From Andalucia godoyi And28 (taxonomy: Eukaryota > Protista > Jakobida), in assembly GCA_009859145.1 (NCBI GenBank), contig VRVR01000040.1, positions 184,871 to 248,870 on the forward strand: 64,000 bases of DNA. The letters run 5' to 3'. The notes under the pieces are model-generated. The model was not told the DNA's origin, made no database searches, and saw only the letters and a list, made by a program, of their open reading frames with translations. A program made the position numbers and the translations under genes. Of this stretch, positions 20,383 through 29,753 are shown one piece after another. Numbering within the stretch: the stretch's first letter is position 1; each line of letters starts with the position of its first letter.

Positions 20383-22035
20383 TCATAGAAGAAGAAGAGA
20401 GGGAATGGGGGCAGATCGGATGATTCTAAGTTCGGCGACGGCATCGATGAACGCAGGCCACCAATCGTCCTCATCGCCAACTCGGATCCACTTGCCTGGC
20501 GCGCACTTTTCGGCATATTCAACCTCGGCGGTCGAGTCCGCGGCTGCAATCCGGAACTTTGTCCGCAGCCCGCTCACAAGCTCCCGCACGCCGCTGTATC
20601 GATCGAGATTCACCTTGATACACTGCCCCGCATAGCTTGCTGTCACCACCTGCATCATCTCTCGGTTGCAGTTTTCATGATTCGCCCACAGACCGCCTGT
20701 CAGACCGAGACTGACGACCGAGACCGGCTCCTGATACAGCGTCGATGCAGGAGAGTGGATGGTTCCATCCGAGTCTTCTCCTCCTCCCACGCCATGTGCA
20801 TCCGAAACACCGTGTCCGTGCCCGTGCCCATGACGATGCACATGGCTGTTGCTAAGTGTCATTGGAATTGCAGATGTTGGAGAAGCGGACATGAGAGCAG
20901 GGTTACTAAAAGGAGATGGAAGCGAAGAAGAACAGCTGGTAGAAGTAGTAGTAGTAGTAGTAGAAGAAGAAGAAGAAGAAGAAGAAGAAGAAGAGGACGA
21001 GGTGGAAATAGACGGATGGGGAACCACGACCATGAAACGATCCATTTCACACTGCATGGATGCCGGAATCGCAGCGACATTCTGAGGCCGATTCACTTTT
21101 CGCAACTTCTTCACGGTCGCCTTGTCCACTGGCTCTCCGTTCTCACCCTTGTCATTCCCTCCGCCGATATCATCGATAGAACCCATGGCGGCAGCAGCAG
21201 CGCAATACGACGGCCTTACAAACCATCCTTTGACATCCTTGTCGAACACATCCTTCTTCTTCGAGATTAAGCACTGCCGTACGCTCTGCTCCGTCACACA
21301 TGCATAAATAAGTCCCGTGTGTGCCACGACACGCCCGCTGTACTCCTTCTCCACTGCCAGCGTCAATTCTCGGTACGAAAACCGCCGTTCACCCTTCTTT
21401 TCCTTGTCTGCGTTGTCCGCGCTGTCATGAGCCTGCGCGGAAGACATCATGATCGCCACAAGCGCCTCAAACAACAGCACCACAGGACCCGTCTCTGTCT
21501 TTTCACTCGGCATCCCAGAAGAAGTGAAAGCAGCGGTCGACAGAGGAAAAGTAGAAGTAGACGTAGACGAAGCAGCCGAAGTAACAGCAGCAGTCAGAGA
21601 TGTAGAATTCGTAGCAATACTTTGACCAGGAGCCACAGTCGTCGTTGGAGGAAGGTAGTTCCGGAAACCAACGTACTGGTGCATAACCATAGAAGGATAT
21701 CGAGAATTCGGATATCCACAGCTGAATGTCGCTCCACCCATCCGATTCCCATTCCCGCTCCCATTCGGGCTCGAAACAGTAGACGTCATCGACGAAACAC
21801 TCGGCGACAGAGCCGCGGGTTGTTGTTGAGAAAATGAATGTGAGAATGCGTGGCACGGCCGCTTAGGAGTCGGAGCAGCACAGTAGAATGATGATCCCGA
21901 GGAAGAGGAAGAGGAAGAGGAAGAGGAGGAGGAGGAGGAGGAGGAAGCAGAAGAAGCGAAGGAGTAGGTGGGAGAGGAAGCGGTTGGGGAAGGCCGCTTG
22001 AGAGTCGGTAGAGGTTGGACACACCGAAACGCCAT
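20383..22035 (-). CDS. Putative transcription regulator: forkhead-like winged helix plus C-terminal Aux/IAA-type PB1 domain
   Basis: wHTH-like segment at 21489-21205 (SYRELTLAVEKEY...EQSVRQCL...GWFVRP). PB1-like segment at 20655-20420 (IKVNLDRYSGVRELVSGLRTKF...Y...W-IRVGD...W..F...V.ELRII). Ser-rich linkers. Confidence 0.7.
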   Translation of the reverse strand: MAFRCVQPLPTLKRPSPTASSPTYSFASSASSSSSSSSSSSSSSSSGSSFYCAAPTPKRPCHAFSHSFSQQQPAALSPSVSSMTSTVSSPNGSGNGNRMGGATFSCGYPNSRYPSMVMHQYVGFRNYLPPTTTVAPGQSIATNSTSLTAAVTSAASSTSTSTFPLSTAAFTSSGMPSEKTETGPVVLLFEALVAIMMSSAQAHDSADNADKEKKGERRFSYRELTLAVEKEYSGRVVAHTGLIYACVTEQSVRQCLISKKKDVFDKDVKGWFVRPSYCAAAAAMGSIDDIGGGNDKGENGEPVDKATVKKLRKVNRPQNVAAIPASMQCEMDRFMVVVPHPSISTSSSSSSSSSSSSSTTTTTTSTSCSSSLPSPFSNPALMSASPTSAIPMTLSNSHVHRHGHGHGHGVSDAHGVGGGEDSDGTIHSPASTLYQEPVSVVSLGLTGGLWANHENCNREMMQVVTASYAGQCIKVNLDRYSGVRELVSGLRTKFRIAAADSTAEVEYAEKCAPGKWIRVGDEDDWWPAFIDAVAELRIIRSAPIPSLLLL

Positions 22036-22272
22036 TGTCGTCGTGGTGCGGTTAGACAGTTTGATACAGAGAGAGCGAGAGAGGAAGAGAGTTTTGGGGG
22101 GAGAAAGAAAGAAGGGAGGGGCGGAAAAAAGAAGCAGAAGAAGAAGAAAGAAAGAAGGAATAGAAAAGAAGAAGGAAAAGATTTGAACGGGAAATTAAAG
22201 GAAGGAAAACCGGTCACGTTTAATATGGAGTCATAGAGGGTTTTTAATGGAGGAGGTGATGGAAAAGATAGG

Positions 22273-22457
22273 TTGAATCTTTGGTTTGCTCGGTATGAAT
22301 CTGCTGTGAAATCTTCCGGCTGGATCCCTATTTGGAAACAATCTCTTTTGAATCTTTTCCTCCGTCCACCAAAAGATCGGTTTTCCCTGTTTTCCCTCCG
22401 CTTTTGGATCTTGGAGGGGCATTTTTGAATCTTTGTAAGGCACTTTTATTGGATCTT
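22273..22457. promoter_or_regulatory. Homotypic cluster of TTGRATCTT motifs upstream of the wHTH-PB1 gene
   Basis: Five exact TGRATCTT copies at 22274, 22349, 22405, 22426 and 22450, plus a near match at 22296, all in the same orientation. Confidence 0.5.
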
Positions 22458-23202
22458 TTTTTAAATGCATATTTTTTCATATTTAAAAGCACTGGCTGTA
22501 GAGCACAGACGCCTCGTTTCCGAAAGAAAGGAAAACCTTTTCTAAAAATTGTGCTCTCTGTTTGACCGTTTGACCGTTTGACCGTTTGATCCATATTCAT
22601 TTTTCCGCTCGCCAAAACATGAATCCTTATTGATCATCATCGGGTAAGCTGTCGCCGAAGACAGATCCGAGCCGCATGCTTTTTTTATTTCATATTTGAG
22701 GGGGGGGGGGCGAGCACCACTTCTTCAATGCAGATTGCTCTGCATCAAAAGGTCATCGCTTCTTTTTCGCTCTCCGCCTCCGATGAGAAAGGATCAACGG
22801 GTTTCTTGGGAGATGATTTGCTTTTTGATGAGATGCTTGCGGGTTCGATAATAAAAAAATCAAACAAACAGAAAGAAAAGAATGAAGAAATTCTAGACTT
22901 GACTACGGTAAGGAACATCGCGTCTCCAAAGGGTGAGATAAAACAGACTTACGATATGATCTCGTTTGTTTGATGTTCAAGGTTCATACACAAAAACGGT
23001 CAACCGTCCTTTTTCACTTCAGTTCCGCGGATTGGGTAGCGACGTGCAGCAAAGAAAGAAGCAGTGTTTCAATTGGCAGACATGTGCGCATGAGGCCATC
23101 GCGAGCAAGACCCTCATCACCGAGTTTTTTTTGTTTTTTTTGTGTAATTTAAAAAATTGATGTTTTAAAGTATTAATATGGTTTTATTAGACTGAAGTAA
23201 GG

Positions 23203-24402
23203 ATGCGATATTCCAAGGTGATTCTGCGGTTATTGCTGTCGACGTTTGCATCAAAGTTTGCGCTGTGTTCTGTTCTCTTTGTGTTTGTGATCCATGCATT
23301 CACGGCGTCGTCTCGAGATGCAGTCCTGTTTCTGTCGCCCTGGGTTGCGCTCTCTGCGACACGGCTGCCGTCTGTGTACTTGCCGTCACGAGGAGTCCTG
23401 GTCTCTGCTTCAGACTCGGAGAACGCAGTCGTGGCGATGTACCCGCCAGACTCTTTTTCTCCGTCGTTCACATCGGTGCTTGCCGAGCGTCTGAAATCCA
23501 ACATCCATGCAATGTGTGCCTCGGACGATGGTTCGCGCATTGCCGTCGTTTCGCTCCCGGAGTTCACAGTTTATGATGCTACCGACAGCCGATTTGCAGT
23601 CGTTCTCAGACATACAATGGTCAATCTGTCTGCTGCGATGATCCCGTCAAAGGCGACGTTTCGCAACAGGATCTGCGTCTGTTCGGTCGATGCAGCGTTG
23701 CAGAAGTTTAAAAACGAAGACCCAGGCGTCGTCGTCGTTGCGTGTCCGTCTACGCAGCTTTCGGTTGCCGTTGGGTTTTCCAACCGCATATGGTGGATGC
23801 ACTCCGAGCTGGTCGATCCTACGAATCCGGCGAGTGCGCATGTGCATTCGCGAAAGAAGGGCAGACAATTCCCGGTCCAGTACACACTTCCCTACCGCCC
23901 ACCGTGGACAGACAAGCTTTCCCTCACGTCCGATCTCGCAATCGAGCAAATTGACTTTTTTGCATACATTCGACACGTGTACTCGGGTGAACTGCTGGAC
24001 ATCAGGACGCTGCAACGAACTCCTGCCTCTGCACGCATGAACGAGTATTCGCAACGGCTGCGCAGCGACTTGGAAAACGGACTCGATCCATCGGGCGTCG
24101 CAAACATTGGGCCCGACAGCAAGATCAAGACGCGAGCCTGGTGGTCTCCGTTGCATTCGTACCGCGATGAAACCCAGGCTTCTCGATTGCTCCATGTGCC
24201 TGGATTTCCCCAGACATACGTGGCAGTCGGCGACCGGTTTCTCGTCGTCATCTCACAAGACTCGGCATTCCCAAGCGCGCTGCACATCACCGACGACATA
24301 CCGCTGCCCGCTTCCCCTATTGCACCACCGTACGTTCTGCACGGACGAATTATGATTCCCACCGCCCGAGGTCTATTTGGTCTCCATCCCGTCAAGCTGT
24401 GA
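23203..24402 (+). CDS. Hypothetical protein with N-terminal signal/anchor, beta-rich (propeller-like)
   Basis: 399-aa ORF with hydrophobic N-terminus; no family recognised. Confidence 0.7.
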   Translation: MRYSKVILRLLLSTFASKFALCSVLFVFVIHAFTASSRDAVLFLSPWVALSATRLPSVYLPSRGVLVSASDSENAVVAMYPPDSFSPSFTSVLAERLKSNIHAMCASDDGSRIAVVSLPEFTVYDATDSRFAVVLRHTMVNLSAAMIPSKATFRNRICVCSVDAALQKFKNEDPGVVVVACPSTQLSVAVGFSNRIWWMHSELVDPTNPASAHVHSRKKGRQFPVQYTLPYRPPWTDKLSLTSDLAIEQIDFFAYIRHVYSGELLDIRTLQRTPASARMNEYSQRLRSDLENGLDPSGVANIGPDSKIKTRAWWSPLHSYRDETQASRLLHVPGFPQTYVAVGDRFLVVISQDSAFPSALHITDDIPLPASPIAPPYVLHGRIMIPTARGLFGLHPVKL

Positions 24403-25576
24403 TCACATTCCCGCCTTTCCCCCCTTCCTTTTTAGACCGGCCGTTTTGTTCACCATGGTCTGTGTACCTTTGTGCTTTCTTCTTCTTCTTCTTCTTCTTC
24501 TTCTTCTTCTTCTTCTTCTTCTTCTTTGGTTGTACGTTATCATTGCAAGCAAACACAAATGTTGTTATTTTTTTGTCCGGAAGAAGAGTTGTTTCAACAA
24601 AAACAAGAGAAAACACGTTTCTCACGCTTGTCATTTGACCCGCCAACCCAAAAACGTCTGATGGACGGCTGTGATATCATCGGATAGTATGGCTGATGGT
24701 GTGCAGGTCGAGGCCCAGTGAGACACTGTCGACTATCAACAAGCGATTTCTTGTAATCGATGATGGGCGCTGATGCGGATTTATAAAGTCACTTTACTCC
24801 AAATAATCTGGTTTTTTGGGGGCGCAGCATATGCGAGCCAGATGTTTGGGAGAGGCTTCGGTTGGAGGGTAATACCTTCATGCCTTCTGTTTTTAGTTTT
24901 TTCGTCTGATAGTGTTCATTACTTTTTCTTCTCTTCTTTTTTGAGTTCCGCAAAAAGGATGAGATTTAAATAAGAGGCAGATATGCTTGCCGATATTTCT
25001 TCTGGTGAAATTGTTTTGGCGCGCTTTCTCCTTTCTTCCTTTCGTTTTTCACCGGCACACCAGTGGGAATGGTCAAAATGAATAAATTAAAAAACAATCC
25101 TCCATCGGAAAGCAACACCCAGCAAATTCGGATGCGCAGTTCGCGGATGGACATTCTCGCGCATGTCATTAGCGGTGGTCCAAATGGCGGACGAGACCGG
25201 CAAGAATACATGCTCTCTTATGGATAGGGAATTTCAGGGTAGCAAGGATTTAACGGCTGTTAAAACTGACCCCGTCCTGCGCGACCGCATCCAGAGTAGT
25301 AGAAATAGCGGGGAAAGGAGATAAATGAAGACAGACTAACTATCCGTTCGTGTATCAATTCACAAGTTGATTGTCATATGCTGCTTGTTCATGATTTGTT
25401 CGTACTATGCGGAGGTCGGCGCATTCGAAAACAAAGTGAACGCGCGCGAATAAGAAATAGTACCGTCCTAACTTTACATGCATATGGACAAACAACAACA
25501 ACGACAAGAAGAAGAAGAAGAGGAGGAGGAAGACGGAACGAATGAAGGAGTAAACCAAACACACTGGACACACAGT

Positions 25577-25954
25577 CTATCGAGAAAACGACGGAAAGAC
25601 TGCGAGGTTTTCGAGCTTTCCAAAAAACAATCGCAAAGTCTCGTCACCATCATCACCATCACCATCGCGATCACCATCGCGATCATCAGAGCCGCCATTC
25701 GAACGCCGGTTCACACTCCCGTACAAGGTCCTCTGGTCGACCGTCGAGCTGTCCGTTCGGCAGAGTCCTCGTTGGGTCGAGTAATCCGATCCAAACAACA
25801 ACGGGCGCACATTACCATGATTGTCGACGTTGATGTGGTTGATGGCGGCGGCGGAGGCGGCCACCTTTTTAGAGACCGCAGACGAAGCCGCAGCAGGAGA
25901 ACCCACTACAGCAGGAACACTGCTGGAAAGTCTATTCTGAATCTGAGGGACCAT
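25577..25954 (-). CDS. Hypothetical low-complexity protein
   Basis: GC-rich ORF from ATG 25954 between spacers. Confidence 0.5.
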   Translation of the reverse strand: MVPQIQNRLSSSVPAVVGSPAAASSAVSKKVAASAAAINHINVDNHGNVRPLLFGSDYSTQRGLCRTDSSTVDQRTLYGSVNRRSNGGSDDRDGDRDGDGDDGDETLRLFFGKLENLAVFPSFSR

Positions 25955-26506
25955 GGATGATGTCGGTGTGTTTGAGGTTCTCTGCTTGTCGCAAGGATGC
26001 ATTTCGGAAGAACAGAACGAAAAAGAGAACAAAAGGGAAGAAAGGATGGTTAAAAAGAATGGAGCGGAATTCCCCGATGTTGAAGCTCATGAGGGCTCAA
26101 GTGACTCATCTCGGCTCTGTGAATATGAAAGAATGTGAAGCATACAGAAAAGCCCCGGTCGCCCCAGGAAAAAAGAAAAAAGAACCCACTGTAGTGCATG
26201 CAGGCAAAGGCAGCCGTGGCCTTGACGCACGCAGACCTTTCCCTTTCTTCTTTCCTCTCTTCCTTTCCTCTCTTCCTTACCCCTTCTTTCCTTAACCCCC
26301 TTCTTCCCTCTCCTTCTTTCTTCTTTTTCCAAAGTTAGAACTACTAAATATATAGTGTGTGTCTTTTTCTTTCCCTCTACCTCTGTCTCTTACGTGTTCT
26401 GTGATCCGGATTGCACACCAGGGGAGAAGAAGTTGACCAACGATTACAGCTGCTGAGACTGCCAGGACTAAAACTGCGGCGAGTATCGTTCTTTTTTCCG
26501 AGAGCA

Positions 26507-27094
26507 ATGACGACGACGATGCCTGCAGAGGCACCGGTCAAGGTGTTTTCCGAGTGCTCGATTCAGGATGCATCGGAGAATACAGTGTCGGTGACCTCGC
26601 TGCTGACCGATTCTGGAAAGCCGACTGCCGTTGCGCTTGTTCGCCATTTAGGATGAAATATCTGCCTCGCATTTCTTGCAAAATGCAATGCCCGCCACCA
26701 AGAGTTCATTGATCGTGGACTCAATTTCTTTGCTGTTGCACCCTCCAAGGCATCCCACGTGAAGGGGTATCTCGAGGATGAGCCAGACACAAAAATCAAG
26801 TTGTATGCGGATCCAGACAAGTGCATGTTCAAAGCCCTGGATCTCAAACGCGGATTTTTCGCTACCATGTTTTCAAAAGCAGGCTTCAAGGCGTACGGAG
26901 ACGCCAAGAAGGACGGCTTCAAGGCAAAGGGCCTCTATGGAGACGCACTCCAACTCCCAGGATTCTTAATTTCGTCCAAAGGCGGATCAGAATTTGTCTT
27001 TTATCACCGCGGCGAAAGCTCGGGCGACCACGGCGACCTGGACGGCATCTTTGCTGCATACGACGAGTATGCAAAGAACCAAAGCTCCGCATAA
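26507..27094 (+). CDS. AhpC/TSA-2 (PRXL2/SelU-like) thioredoxin-fold selenoprotein, 195 aa with Sec50
   Basis: The ORFs at 26411 and 26759 share a frame. Reading through TGA 26654-26656 gives VALVRHLG-U-NIC (UxxC) ... LYADPDKCMFKALDLKRG ... QLPGFL ... YHRGESSGDH. Confidence 0.88.
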
Positions 27095-27109
27095 TCGTTG
27101 TCTGTTGTC

Positions 27110-27156
<47 letters not shown>

Positions 27157-27361
27157 CTTCTTTTCCTGACAAGCGGGAAATGCATCCAGTTGCCATACGT
27201 CGTTGTGTGTGCTTGTATGCATATCTTTTGGATCTGGGATTAAGGACTTCGGGTTATTTGGGATTTGGTTTGGAGTTGGTGAGGATGGATCCATGAGCGT
27301 AGTTTCGAATCACAGAGAAGACGCGGTCTGCTTTTGCTCGAGTTTCTTCTGTGTGTTCTGT

Positions 27362-27407
27362 ACGACGTCTGCAGCGAAAATCGTGATCGAGGGCTGCACT
27401 GACTGAA
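27362..27407 (+). promoter_or_regulatory. Candidate type II SECIS element with non-canonical ACGA core
   Basis: ACGA + 11 nt + AAAA + UCG-UGAU-CGA minihelix + GCUGCA...GAC + UGAA. UGCAGC/GCUGCA and GUC/GAC pair. Confidence 0.55.
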
Positions 27408-28106
27408 CCGACTGTGTTTTCTTCTGTTGTTGAAAAAGAGCCGATCCACGTGGATGCACAAGAGAAATGACATCTGTGGCGGGTGTCTTGTGCAACCAGT
27501 TGGATAATATTTTTTTCTTCTCTCCGGCATTCTTCAATGGAAAAGAAAACACCTTCGAAAACGCAATGGATCCTTCCACTAGCTCTGAAATCATTTCAAT
27601 TATGCCCGTCTTTCTTTCCCATCCTTTCTTCATTAATTAATTTTAATGATGAATAACTTAAATAAAATACACCACAAAAACCCATAACCAACAAAACAAC
27701 AAGCTAGTCCTTTTGTTTTTCTTGTTTTTCCTGTCGAAGGAAGTGCCCCCTGCATTACTAATATATATATGTGTGTGTATAATATTTTTTTGTGCGGGCC
27801 ACAAAAGCGAGATAAGAGCAGCACCCCAGAGAACTCCGCAGAGCTGGGAATCGTCCCAGTTTGGAAAAAGGCCGGAATCTCTATTCTCCAATGCAGAAAT
27901 ATCGCCGCTCTGGACTTTCTTGAGAATCCAGACTTCCACTTTATTCCAATTGTTGTTGTTCCGCTTTTACTTTCAGCTTTCCTTATTGTTTTAAACTTTT
28001 TTGCGGTTTGATTAACACTATAGTAGGAGAACGGTGAGCAAAAAAGAAAAAAAAGAAAAAGAAAAAAAAGAAAAAAGGATATTAATTAATTACAACAATT
28101 AAAACA

Positions 28107-28667
28107 ATGTCAGTGGGTATGTGGGTTGTGTGCGCCGTGCTTTTGGTTACGGCGGCTCTGGCGTCTGCGGCGGGGTCGCTGACGAAGCTGAATATCGAGG
28201 CAAACTCGGTGACGGTGTCTGGCATATCGGCCGGTGCGTTTTCTGCGGTACAGTTCCACGTTGCGTATTCGAAGCTTGTGAAGGGTGCTGGTGTGGTTGC
28301 CGGTGGTCCGTTCTATTGTGCACAGGGACAAGTCACGACGGCTCTTACCACCTGCATGGCGGCGCCGGCGATGATCAACGTCGCATCGCTCGAGTCTGCG
28401 GCAAAAGACATGGCAAAGCGTGGTGCGATTGACCCGATCGAGAACATCAAGGGCGCGCCCGTCTTTATCTTTTCGGGTTCTTCAGATACCGTTGTTCAGC
28501 CAGGAGTCGTCAAGGCTAATGCAAAGTGGTACACTGACATGGGCGCAGACGTCCAGACTGAATTTTCCGTATGCCTTCCTCTCTCGCTCTCTCGCTCTCT
28601 CTTTGTCTCTCCCATTCGTCGTTTACTTGGTTTCTCATTACTCATATCGTATCATGCATGTTTCTTG

Positions 28668-28759
<92 letters not shown>

Positions 28760-29317
28760 GTGTGTGTCTCTTTTCTGATTCCGGATTAGATCAATGCGCA
28801 ACATTCGCAAGTGACAAACGACTACGGATCAACTTGCCAGTACCTTGGAAAGCCGTTTGTGAACAACTGCAACTTCGACGCAGCAGGCGCAATCTTGAAT
28901 CATGTTTACGGAACTCTGGGCCGTGGATCGCTGGTGGAGGCCAATCTCAAGACGTTTGACCAGTCGACGTACTTCCCGACATACATCGGACTGAACGGTC
29001 TTGGAAGAACCGGATACATCTATATCCCAACTGCATGCTCCCAGGGCGAGTCATGCAAGCTGCACTTTGCGCTGCATGGATGCTCCATGCGGTACTCAGA
29101 CATTGGTGATGCATACGTCTTGCACGGAGGATACAACCAATGGGCAGAAGCTTCCAACATCGTGGTCGTCTATCCCCAGTTCGAAGCAAACATGCTCAAG
29201 TCAAACCCGAATGCCTGCTCAGACTGGTTCGGAACCACCGGGTCAAACTATGCAGAAAAGGGCGGCGTCCAGAACGAGTTCTTCCGAAACATCGTCACCG
29301 CCCTCGCCGGGTTCTAA
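28107..29317 (+). CDS. Secreted PHB-depolymerase-like alpha/beta hydrolase (join 28107-28568, 28790-29317)
   Basis: Signal peptide, VTVSGISAG (GxSxG), AGGPFYCA, SDTVV, AQHS, NNCNFDAAGAILNHVYG, LHFALHGC, NIVVVYPQ, NPNACSDW. A phase-0 GT-AG intron joins the two ORFs in frame. Confidence 0.88.
28569..28789 (+). other. Spliceosomal intron (221 nt) containing a long (CT)n tract
   Basis: GTATGC donor, CTGAT branch-like motif at 28775, TTAG acceptor; removal restores the reading frame. Confidence 0.85.
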
Positions 29318-29600
29318 CCTTTTTTTTTTTTTGTTGAATTATTTATTTATTTTAAATCCCCGTCTCGTATCCCGCCTCTTTCCCTTTTGTTTTATTCATA
29401 CTATTATCATTATGATGATGATTGCTTTTTATTTGTTATTCTTGTCACTGGTTTTATTTTGTTTCTTGTTTCTTGTTTTATTGTTTTGCGTTGTCGTATT
29501 CTGCTACTGCTTGTTGTTGTTCTTTCTTTCCTGCTGTAGTTAGTGGACTACGACTCACAGCTCTCCTTTCTCCTTTCTCTTCCTTTCTCTTTCCTTTCTC

Positions 29601-29660
29601 CTTTCTCTTCCTTTCTCTTCCTTTCTCTTCCTTTCTCTTCCTTTCTCTTCCTTTCTCTTC
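29601..29660. repeat. (CTTTCTCTTC)6 tandem repeat
   Basis: Read directly from sequence. Confidence 0.9.
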
Positions 29661-29753
29661 CTCTCTTCTCCTCTCTTCCTCTCTTCTCCTCTTTTTTCTT
29701 TTTGTTGTCGGATTTATATCTCCCGTTGTTCTGATTCTTGTTTGTGTGCGTGA

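Noticed and set aside
27312-27321. ACAGAGAAGA, the U6 snRNA box
   Set aside because: No other U6 sequence follows.
27293-27330. AUGA-based SECIS alternative
   Set aside because: The spacing to AA is right, but the 3' strand has GG rather than the required GA; ranked below the ACGA candidate, though not excluded.
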